A stretch of 64,000 bases of DNA from Oopsacas minuta (lineage: Eukaryota; Animalia; Porifera): contig JAKMXF010000297.1 of the NCBI GenBank assembly GCA_024704765.1, forward strand, positions 186,001 to 250,000, given 5' to 3'. The notes under the pieces are model-generated. The model saw only the letters and a list, made by a program, of their open reading frames with translations. It did no database searches and was not told where the DNA came from. Position numbers and translations under genes: made by a program. Within the stretch, counting starts at the first letter, position 1. Every line of letters starts with the position of its first letter. This document shows positions 1 through 13,548 of the stretch, in pieces.

Positions 1-106
1 AGCAAAGAAAATTGAAATAAAATTAGTAATTTCTAACACAAAATTGAATTTAATACAAAAATGTGTAAAAATATGATTATTCATATTATCAATTCTTATA
101 ATTATA

Positions 107-356
107 CACTCCCTGGCCAAAAGTATTGGAACACTCGGCCACAATTGACACTTGGCACAAATATGCATTTGCTTTAGTTGTATAGGCTGAAGATAGTTTC
201 AAACATTTGTGAACTTAATTCTATCATTAATTTTATTATTACAATCGCCTTTTCTGATATATCCACAGACTATTCAATACATATATTCTCACAAAGTTCC
301 ATATGCCGCATGTGTCATTAGTGGTATGGTGTTCCAATACTTTTGGCCAGGGAGTG
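107..356. mobile_element. Tc1/mariner-type MITE, 250 bp, non-autonomous
   Basis: Perfect 28-bp terminal inverted repeats CACTCCCTGGCCAAAAGTATTGGAACAC (107-134 and 329-356), flanked by TA at 105-106 and 357-358. No internal ORF. Confidence 0.85.
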
Positions 357-1424
357 TATATTATCCGCCCTGCTAAGTGCAAACAAATTTTCAATTGTAT
401 AATTTTTGAGTTTTTACATGATTAATGGCCAAAAAGGTGTGAAATTAGTTCATACCCCCCTTGTGCAAATCTCAAGATATTTAAGGACCAAGATATAGCA
501 CTGCCACATGGACGGACCCGACTGATGTCCCATATTGTCTCTGTCATAACGGTATCTCCTTATAGAAGTTCCACTAAGATTAATTATTCAGTTATGAACT
601 GTGTTGATTAATTAACAGATTACAATATTATTCCACGAATCTATACAGTTCTCTTGATCCAATTACAGATAATTGTGCCTCGAGTCGACTTCGGTTTAAT
701 TATTAGGAAAACGTATGCAAATTATACCTTATGTATATAATAATATCCTTTACAATCTGCTGCCACCAGATTAAGGATATAACATTACTACTGCAATTAA
801 CATAAAGGAAGTCCTAAGAGCAAAGCTTGCAGGCAAATCGTACAGAGACATCACGCCAGGCTAATTAGCCCGCACCGTTATAACATCCATGCTATACTTT
901 TTAGTACATTCTAATAATCTGTTTTCTCTCGCATATTTATTGAATCTTGGAATAAATTCCATGCTACGTATATACGTAGTGACAATTGCAATTCTGTACA
1001 TTTAAATGTATGCTAAGTTAGTTAATAACTTAACTTTCGTTTCTTATTTAACCTCTAAAATCTGTTATTTTAGTTATTTTACTTAATTAATTTGTGATTT
1101 AAGTTTATTAGGCAGATTTATTTTATTTGGTAATCCGTAAGCTAATTAATGCTAGTATTATTTCTCCATATAAATACATTTTATCTTTCAACTACACAAA
1201 TTACAGTTTATCTTAATAAATTGCAAATTCCTACTTCCCTTCTTGTAGCTATAATATCTCAAAATTTGACTGTCTGTAAGATTTGAATTTTCATAATGCG
1301 CATTTTCCACTTCTTTCTTCTTTTATAATAGTGCTTGAAATTTATTTCCTATCTTGTTCCTCCTAGCTTTATTCTATGGGCATTAGGTATAGGCCTTATT
1401 AGATTCAAATATTTCTACTTTGTT

Positions 1425-4606
<3,182 letters not shown>

Positions 4607-4856
4607 TCAGCTGTAAGAGGGTACTTCTCTCTGTAGCATAGTTAGAAATCACATTTCTGTGTGACCCTCCAGGAGTCTTGTAGCTGCAGAAATGGCATGA
4701 TTTGTACTTATTCAGTGTAGATTGAGTACTGGCTGACTTGTATATGGTGTAGCTTGTACTAGTATAGCATTACATTTCATTAATCAATTCTATTTATTAA
4801 TTGTCAAGTTTCTGGGATAGCATAACCCATAGTATTCCTTTTTCGATATCCTAGAG

Positions 4857-4935
4857 CAGCGGTTCCAAACCTGGGGCTCATGTACCCCTCGGTCGTCCAC
4901 GATCTTTGGACGATAGCAGGGGTCCACATGATCTC
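4857..4935. mobile_element. Possible hAT-type element end fragment
   Basis: CAGCGGTTCCAAACCTGGGG resembles hAT (Charlie-like) termini and the stretch is GC-rich in an AT-rich spacer. No matching 3' TIR found. Confidence 0.3.
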
Positions 4936-5078
4936 ATAATTGGTAAAATGAGTATACTTAATTAATTAGTAATTACGCATTCCCATATTTAGATATTCAC
5001 TAAAATTTTCAATTTATACTCTACTATGTCTCTTATTACTACTGACCTAGTTCACCTGTATTTTTATATTAGAGGATA

Positions 5079-5933
5079 ATGGGCACTCGTATCCCCTATT
5101 ACTTAGGAAGAGTATTCCGTATTCCTCCCTCTCTCTCAGAGAGAACATCTCTCCTGAAATGGCCCCTAGGATGGAAAGGTGTGGTTGTACATGGGGGAGG
5201 AGGTGTAGCCTTTACAGATACTCATCCCCTTGTTCAGCACCTGACAGAGAGATATTGCTCAAGAGGCGTGCACTCTATAGAACTCCCATCTCATGGATCT
5301 TGTGCTAGTGACAATTTATTCAGTGCTAAGATAGCTAAAGACCATTTCTATAGTACAATAAGTACAGTAATAGATTCTAAAACAATAGTAGTCTCATATT
5401 CTGTAGGTGGTATTTTTACTAGTTCTGTATGGAGATCTCTTTGTTTGTCTCAAGATATAAACCCAGTAGCTATTTTCATCGGTTGTCATCCTAGGCTTGT
5501 GACTAGATGGCCTCTAATTAGCATGTATTGGAGTACACCGTTCACTTATCTTAGTCAGAAGGATAAATGGTATCAAAAGAAGCATTGTGGTGATAGAGGA
5601 GATGGTTATCAAGATTATTGGAAGACTACAGTGAAGAATACACATGACTGGCTACATCCTAGCTCTGATATACAAGCAGATTATCGAGATTTAGAGTTTC
5701 TTAAGAGTAAGGGAATGAGTGCACAATGGATTATTGGTGATAAAGATTCAGCTTTTCCCATTACTCATTTTCAAAAGAGTATTGATAATAAAGAGTTGGT
5801 TGGAGGCATGGAGAGAGTAATGAGAATAAAGAGTACACATTTCAATTACTTTTTAAAGAACTGGCCTCATACTCAGCTAGCTATTGACAACATCTTGCTA
5901 GCTTATCGCAACTCAGAGCTGGAGAAGAGTTGA
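5079..5933 (+). CDS. Alpha/beta-fold hydrolase, single exon
   Basis: 284-aa ORF with VVVHGG oxyanion motif, IELPSHGS (DLPGHG-like), nucleophile elbow SYSVGG, IIGDKD acid and C-terminal STHF His in canonical order. Confidence 0.7.
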   Translation: MGTRIPYYLGRVFRIPPSLSERTSLLKWPLGWKGVVVHGGGGVAFTDTHPLVQHLTERYCSRGVHSIELPSHGSCASDNLFSAKIAKDHFYSTISTVIDSKTIVVSYSVGGIFTSSVWRSLCLSQDINPVAIFIGCHPRLVTRWPLISMYWSTPFTYLSQKDKWYQKKHCGDRGDGYQDYWKTTVKNTHDWLHPSSDIQADYRDLEFLKSKGMSAQWIIGDKDSAFPITHFQKSIDNKELVGGMERVMRIKSTHFNYFLKNWPHTQLAIDNILLAYRNSELEKS

Positions 5934-6080
5934 TATATTATGATAATATTATCTATGTCAAATGAATACGTATACGAATTCAATATTCTAATACAATATT
6001 CCATTATTTAATTATCTAGGAAGACGTGTACATGATCGTAATATCAATTGTGAATTATTTTCTTGTATAAAATAGCTGAT

Positions 6081-7730
6081 ATGTCTGAAACGAAACTTGA
6101 AACTCACCTTGAGGATGAAGTAACCCCTGTTGAGGATACAGCTGTACCAAATACTGAGGGTGAGCAGGCAGATCCCTCAACCGAACCAACAACTGATCCA
6201 GTTACAGAACCTGAGCATGTAGATCCAGTACTAGAACCTGAAGTAGAAACAACAGCTGATCCAGTAGCTGAACAAGAGACTGATACAGTATCTGAGGATA
6301 TACCAAAAGTAGAATCTGCGGATCCTCCCTCTGACACTACAGTACCTACTGTACCCAGCTCTCTACCTGAGGTAGATGTGTCTCCAACAGAGGAGGTAGA
6401 CAAACCTAATGAAGATAGTTCTATAATTGTTCCTATAGAAGAAACATCTTTTGAAATGAAAACTTCATCTGGAAAAAGTCTGACCGAGCCACACCCCACT
6501 CTTGCAGATATCCGAGAGGAAGTTGAGTCCCCAGGGACAACAACACTCACAACTAAGTCTTACGATAATCTAGACCAGACATCATTGGTTGTTGTTACCT
6601 CCTTCGTGAACCTCAATGGTAATGAGGATATCCCAGAGATTAGACCCAGCACTCCTCGGGTAGCTGATGAATCAGCTGAGCCAGTAAGGAGTGAGGAGGA
6701 ACTTGGTGGTGCTGACGATATGGCAGACCTTTTGGAAGAGTTAAATCTATTGAAAGAGGAAGAGGAGAAAGCTGCTAGTGAGAACTCTCAACTACAACAC
6801 AAACTGGTAGAGCACTTTAGATCAAAACGATCTGATGAACGAGTAGGAACAGCTGGAGACGTAGAGAGAGAGCGAGGAGTGACAGACTACGAACAGAGAT
6901 ACGACAAATATCTATCTGTCCTACAAGAACGTCAGGCTGAGTCAGAGAAGATGAAAGAATATTCAGACATGTTGTTAGAGACTGCTTGTGAGACAGAGCG
7001 AGAGAGAGGAGCAGAATTAGAATCAGTATTTAAGGAGGATGGTGTGCATAAGCGTGATAGCATGTTGGCTGCTATTGACTCCAGGACAGGTAGACAAATG
7101 ACTGTAGAACTAGTGGAAAAGATTCTAAGTGATGAGATAAAGAAAGGAACAGAAGTAAGGAATATCCGTTTAGAGAATATCAAGCTCTCTAGGAACCTGG
7201 GCAAGAAAGAGGAACAGCTGAGACAAAAAGAGGAAGTAGCTGAGGGTCTACATATGATAGAGTTTGAACAGCTTAAGATAGAACATCAGAAAAACAATGA
7301 AAGATGTGAAGATAAGAACGAGGATATCAATCGTCTACGAGGTAAGATTACACGCACAGTGCAGGTGCTGACACATATCAAAGAGAAGCTACACTTTGTA
7401 GCAAATGAAAACGGAACATTGAGGGAACAGCTAGCAGATAGTGACATACAAGTATCTTTAATGCGAGACAGGTTAACGTATGTCAAACAGAGTAGGGACA
7501 AACTTAGGGGAGATAACTTACGTCACCAGGAAAAAGGGGGTCTAGTGAATCAGAAGAAACTCCTGCGAGATCTTGAGGATAGAAATGATCTCTCAACAGA
7601 GCTAGAAGCACGACTGGGACAGCTGAGGAAGAGACATGCTGAACTAGGTCAGTTATCAGCTGGTATCAAACAGAAGATTACACAAGCTAAGGTATCTGGG
7701 TCTTTCAGTGTTCTACAAGTCCCTCATTAA
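6081..7730 (+). CDS. CCDC96: Coiled-coil ciliary protein CCDC96/CFAP184-like
   Basis: Acidic Pro/Glu-rich N-terminus followed by a coiled coil containing LHMIEFEQLKIEHQ...VQVLTHIKEKLHFV, typical of the DUF4201 family. ATG at 6081. Confidence 0.8.
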   Translation: MSETKLETHLEDEVTPVEDTAVPNTEGEQADPSTEPTTDPVTEPEHVDPVLEPEVETTADPVAEQETDTVSEDIPKVESADPPSDTTVPTVPSSLPEVDVSPTEEVDKPNEDSSIIVPIEETSFEMKTSSGKSLTEPHPTLADIREEVESPGTTTLTTKSYDNLDQTSLVVVTSFVNLNGNEDIPEIRPSTPRVADESAEPVRSEEELGGADDMADLLEELNLLKEEEEKAASENSQLQHKLVEHFRSKRSDERVGTAGDVERERGVTDYEQRYDKYLSVLQERQAESEKMKEYSDMLLETACETERERGAELESVFKEDGVHKRDSMLAAIDSRTGRQMTVELVEKILSDEIKKGTEVRNIRLENIKLSRNLGKKEEQLRQKEEVAEGLHMIEFEQLKIEHQKNNERCEDKNEDINRLRGKITRTVQVLTHIKEKLHFVANENGTLREQLADSDIQVSLMRDRLTYVKQSRDKLRGDNLRHQEKGGLVNQKKLLRDLEDRNDLSTELEARLGQLRKRHAELGQLSAGIKQKITQAKVSGSFSVLQVPH

Positions 7731-8311
7731 TCGTATATTGCATCTTACATAACGTATATTCAATTATAATACTTATTGCAACAATCTCACTTGTTTATTA
7801 AAGATGTATTTAAATGAGTTGCAATCTGGTAGAGGCTTAATTTCCGAATTTCATCGACCTTGTGTACTGCCTATTTCAGTGGTTTTTAGCATTTTTGCCC
7901 ACCAATAATTCCTGCAAATATTCAATTTTATGCGGTGTTTGCGTTTTGTAATTACATGACAGTAGTTCACATAATGTAAATTGAATAGGTACTGGTTACT
8001 CTATTACTGAAGCGTAAAATTCTAATTGTAAGTTCTTTCAAATTGAATACAATATTCACAAAAATTAATTGGAGATTGTCCAATTACTATTTTCCCCCAT
8101 CTTCGATTTCTGTAATTCACAGCAATTTATAAACGGGATTGCATTGTGCGAGTGAATTGTATGTACTATGTAGTAGTAATTATGTCCTTGGTCACATGCT
8201 ACATGTTAGTAACATAAAAAGTTAGTGACTTAATCTATATATATATATATCAAATAGCATATATTATTTCCCAGAATAACTATCTCTTATTCAGTTCACA
8301 GGATTAGCAAC

Positions 8312-11300
8312 ATGTCTCTTTACATAACAGATCAAGATACTATCAAAGAAGCTATTGCAGAAGTTAGATCAGATGTATCTCCCACTAATTGGTACAGTTT
8401 TAATCTTTGTTGCTTATAATATAGCCAGTGCCCGTCTCGAGTAAACATTCCTCCTGTATTCACCTTACCATTAATTCATGAAATCTAGTTAAATATTTTC
8501 TAATCGATATTCGTGTTTAGCTGTAATGGACTCTGCCTTTTCGTTGAATAACTCTATAAAGGATTTTTCCCTGTATATCGATATATAAATCAATGAGATA
8601 CACATTTGACACAGCCTCATTTGTTCTTCAAACATGACAATTATATCAGAATACCAAAGATGTAATGTTGAAAACATAAGGAAATCCTTTCTCTTACAGC
8701 TATACTGCATTATATTGCTTTCTGTGGAGATCCAATTCATAATTCACATAACTTGAATTCATAAATACAATAGTGTCAATAATACGAATAACAAACAAAT
8801 ATGAATTAAATACGTATTTGAGGCATGAAATACGAGAAAAATTCCAGCATTGAAATCTTAACATATAAGTGTATTATATTTGAACCTCTACGTTTTCTTA
8901 TTCATTTATTATACTGTCATGTAATTGTGTTTATATTATATCTCTAGGGTTATAATTGGACATGATAATCCTAACGTAATAAAGTTACATTCTGTTGGAC
9001 AAGGAGGAGCAAAGGAAATAGCTGATAATCTGAAGGAAGATGAAGTGCAGTATGCTCTACGTATGATTCATATTTATTTATTGCTCGATTGTATTAGCTG
9101 AATATTATTGATTTGTGTGATTTTAGTTAGAGTTGTTGAAGATTACGAGATGACTAAGACAACCAAGTTTGTATACATTAGATGGTTGGGGGAAGGTGTA
9201 CCTTTCGCTAGGAGAGGAAGGTATTCTGTTCTTCAATCAAGTATTAGCCCATTATTCAATGTGAGTTATATTGAGTGTACATTAGAACTTGGTAAGACGT
9301 ACTCAATGATAAGTACAGTATAAATCTATATATTCTTTATATTATCAAATCTGATTCGTATCACAATGTGATTTTATCTTATCGTTAGAAATCTGGATAA
9401 TACTAAACTTCTATTGATTATTTCGCTGTAATTATTCGTATACTACGCATGTACGTAGAATCATACTAATACAGACAACCTCGGTTAATACGTACTTTTT
9501 TTGTTTCTCAAGCGAGTACGTCTTAACCAAGTTCTACTATATTTCTAATAATTGGTGTGTGTACAATAGCGTATGATGAAAATATCTACTGTAAACTCTC
9601 GTTAATTAATAGTATCAATGGACCGTAGAAATTTGAATCTGTAATTCGTATTACTCGAAGTGATTTTTATCTGAAAGGGATTAAAGAGGACTGAAAAATT
9701 GTGTTTTACCGCAGTTTTTCCCTAACTAGAGTTCACTGTCTGCTTTTGTAAACATCTGCCCAACGATTCAAGGAATACTACTTTACAGTTCTTAACCGAA
9801 TCGCTATTCAACTCTCTTCATGTTTCATGTAGCCATATTAACAAGTAAATTCAATTGAATAATGCACTTTCATGCTCGCTCTATGGCTAAAATTACTAGA
9901 ATTATATGAACATAACCATAAACATCATTACTAGTATATGTAAGATGTACGAGAACGCATCTCACTAAAATACCACAACTACATAAACGTTAATACGGAA
10001 ACTATTCAATTCAAGTTTTATCCGGATCACCAGAATAAGACTTAATTTGAAGTAGGAATAAGACCCAAAATACTTCTGAACTGCTATCTAAATAGAAATA
10101 GTGTACTGAAATGCTCATATACTCCGCTAGGGCCAATTAGTTAGATAATCCAAGAGAATGTCCATTCAATAATATCCTTAGTGAGTTATAAAGACACTCA
10201 GCAATATGTACGGACGTGTCAGAAAGTTCTGGCCAACTCCCAGGCTCCAGATCCAATGCTAATGCCATGAAAAGTCCTCAATAAAATTTAAAGAGTACAG
10301 AATATGAGATACCACATTGATCATTTTTGGTCTTATTCCGCATCCCCGTTTTACCCATCTAAATACAGCTGATACATCTAGTGATACGAATATCTTTGTA
10401 CATAAAACCCCAAACAAATTTCATTAGAGTTTGACAAAGAACCAGAATATTGTACTGTATTGATTACATCAAAACGTTGCGATTATTTGCATACATGTTT
10501 TTAGTATACTTACCATTTATACTTTAATAATTATCCTATTATAACTTCATTAGCCATCCCACATCACAATTGATACGAGCGAACTTGAGGATATCACTGA
10601 TGATAATATTTTGGAAAAGATCAAAGAACATAGGTGATTATAATTCGTGCAATATTATTCAATAAGTTTCTCCTTCTAATATAACTTAATGCTCTTCTAG
10701 TGGCTCTAAATCTAAAGTGGTAGTTGAGGGAGCTAGTCCACTTAGACATGATTTCAGCAAATCACCATCTTCTGCTGTGAGTAATACATAATACATCTTA
10801 TTGATAATACTAAATTGTCCTTGCACATTTATTTATTTATTAGAATGGCAGTGATCAGGGGAAGTACAGAAGCCAATCTTACGGAGCTACTTCAAAACCA
10901 GCCTATGTTGGTAAGGCTAGTCTGGGTAAAGCTGGAAAAGTAATGGGTAAGTATTATGAACTGGAGTGGATAATTGGACATAAATTTATTAATATCTCAT
11001 ATAGAACTACAGTTCTCTGACCCTGTTGAAGAGGCTATTAAAGATGTCAGATCCGATGAGACACCAAATAATTGGTTTGTAATTATTGCGAATTTATATT
11101 TTGAGCTGAATACTATTATTACGTAAATAATTATTGTTAAGGTGTGTGATTGAATACGGTAGAGATGATAACGACAGGCTTACCAACACTCTCAGTCTGA
11201 GAAGAATGGGGACTACACTTGTAGAACTACAGAAGGAATTCAGTGATGAACAGCCTGCATATGCTCTATTCCGTGTAGTAAGTTTATATACCGAGATATG

Positions 11301-12265
11301 TCAGTGGTCTCTATTCATTTTTTCTATTTTCTATTTAGATCGATGTTATTGATGATCATATCCCGTCTGCTAAGTTTGTATTTATTCAATGGGTGGGAGA
11401 GAAAGTAAGGCCTATGGTAAAGGCTAAGTTAGCTACACATAAAGGAGCTCTTGCTGAGAAAGTGGGGGTGAGTTTAATAGACCTAATTCTGTTCCACATC
11501 TGTCATGTAAGATTATAGCAGTTGAATCTAAACCATGTTTACAAAGTTTCGCACCTTGTTGCTATTATAAACCAACTGGCCACTAATGACTCTTTCATCT
11601 ACCTCGCCAGGAGTTCAATTATATCTCTTTGATCTCAAATTTGCAATAATTTCATTCTCTATGTACGTACTCTGATGTAATGGGATCAGCAACTGGTGAT
11701 ATTTGCTAAATGCTAGTACATAATATTAATGGAATCAGCTGTTAACAAATTATAATTAAAGGAAGAAACCTAATTCCTACACAATTAGAATATTCTTAAT
11801 TTTGTAATACATACATAGCGTCCAGATAATGGCTACGAATAAACTAGCATCACACTTCAATTGTTTTTTATAGCCTTAAGTATTATAGGTAGATTCTAGG
11901 TGATGTCATTCGTTATACCAACAAATTTAACATATTTTGCAGTGGCGTGTCTAGTACCCCCATCACATGAAATTGATTCCACAGGCTCCATCTGGAATCT
12001 CATATCACTCCTTCCTAAGGTCTTACTGAATATTAATGAATTGGTACCTTACCATCCCCTATATCAAAGTAAATATCGTTGTCCTACTGCCATGTGCTAC
12101 TATGTAATAAGAGTTGTATTTACATACAATTGCAATTTGTATTATTTGTACATCTTCTAGCCCTGTCACATTAACATCCACGCTACGCAACCAGCTGATC
12201 TGAGTGAGAGGAACATCTTAGATAAAGTAATGAGTGCCTCTGGCTCAAAGAGTAATGTCAAATAG
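8312..12265 (+). CDS. Tandem two-ADF-H-domain actin-binding protein (coactosin/Abp1-like), 11 exons
   Basis: Joined exons give two homologous domains: AIAEVRSDVSPTNW...YALLRV...KFVYIRWLGEGVPFARR and AIKDVRSDETPNNW...YALFRV...KFVFIQWVGEKVRPMVK. Stop at 12263-12265. Confidence 0.8.
9472..9539. mobile_element. Small hairpin MITE, pogo/Tigger-like termini
   Basis: 25-bp imperfect inverted repeats (18/25 matching) flanked by TA on both sides, inside an ADF-H gene intron. Confidence 0.5.
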
Positions 12266-12551
12266 ACTCATCAGCTGATTTACTCTCTAGTATTGTATTC
12301 TAACAATAATATATAACTCCATATAAATAGCACTAGTTTGCTAAGTGCTATTGATGCTAATTAGCCATATTTAGTATGTGTGTTGATGAGTAGATTGCTG
12401 CTCATCTGAATAGTATTTTTTTGCTGTGTGTAATCTTTTTAAAATGTAACTCAGAGTATAATAATTTTATGCTAATTCACTTAGTTGTCGATTAACCTAT
12501 ATTTCCCAATTCTATCCTCTAAGATATTCTTATGAGTATTTAGCAAATAAT

Positions 12552-13067
12552 ATGTTTGTCCATAGAAGTATAGTACGTTTAATACGTCCTATAGTTGTAT
12601 ATCAATTCAATCACTACCGTATTAGTCGAATAGTAGCTCAGCAATTGTATCCTACAAGTTCTCCTACTCTAATACAATGTATAACATCATTGAGATTATT
12701 GAGCACAATATCAGAGGTTGTACCGTTTAATGTATCACATGAAGAGTTATTAAATAAACTTGAATCAGGAGATTTAACTTTGATAGATGTTAGAGAGAAA
12801 GGAGAAATAGCAATTAATGGATTTATTATGGGGAGTATAGCAATATCGTTAGGGAACCTGCAAACTGCTTTAAGCTATGATGATGATAAGTTTAAGGAAA
12901 TTTATGGTGTAGATAAACCCAGATTTGCAGATGAAATAATTTTCATGTGTCATGCTGGGGTGAGATCAAAACTTGCTGCTAAAATAGCACGTGCAGCTGG
13001 TTTTACATTAGTACGTGAATATGCAGATGGATGGAGTGGATGGGAAAAACGGATTAACTTGAAATAA
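12552..13067 (+). CDS. Single-domain rhodanese/sulfurtransferase, probably mitochondrial
   Basis: LIDVRE...GFIMGSIAI and active-site loop IIFMCHAGVRS, then YADGWSGW. Basic, acid-poor N-terminal leader. Confidence 0.85.
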   Translation: MFVHRSIVRLIRPIVVYQFNHYRISRIVAQQLYPTSSPTLIQCITSLRLLSTISEVVPFNVSHEELLNKLESGDLTLIDVREKGEIAINGFIMGSIAISLGNLQTALSYDDDKFKEIYGVDKPRFADEIIFMCHAGVRSKLAAKIARAAGFTLVREYADGWSGWEKRINLK

Positions 13068-13548
13068 CTTGAATATGAAGTCTTCCAAATATTGTTTAAT
13101 TATTTGTTTTTACTTAATGGAATTATTCGAAGTAAGTTTATATCACATCTCCTTATTTGGTTATACTTGTATTTATTAGTATTAATTATATTAAATTAAT
13201 CTTTCGAGCATTTTTTGTGTTGAATTCACCTTCAGGGTACTTCCTTGTCGTTGGGGAGTTTTAAATACTACAAGGATATTAGGAGAGATCTAGCTATTCC
13301 CATTATTTATTACTTTTATACACACCTAATTATAATTACTATTGAGGTCGATTTTCTTCGCATTGAAGTATATTATTTTATATTAGCATGTTCAATTCGC
13401 CAATATATTCTGTTTATCCCCTTAGTTTGTATATCATTATTCGAATTTGATTAGAGCATGAAGTTTTGAATTTATTAAAGAACAAACTTGAATATATACA
13501 AATTCAACTTTACATCAATATAAACGAGCAGAAATATACAATAATTTT

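Noticed and set aside
775-865. Short peptide NIKEVLRAKLAGKSYRDI resembling a transposase HTH start
   Set aside because: About 30 codons bounded by stops with no further transposase motifs; too little to support.
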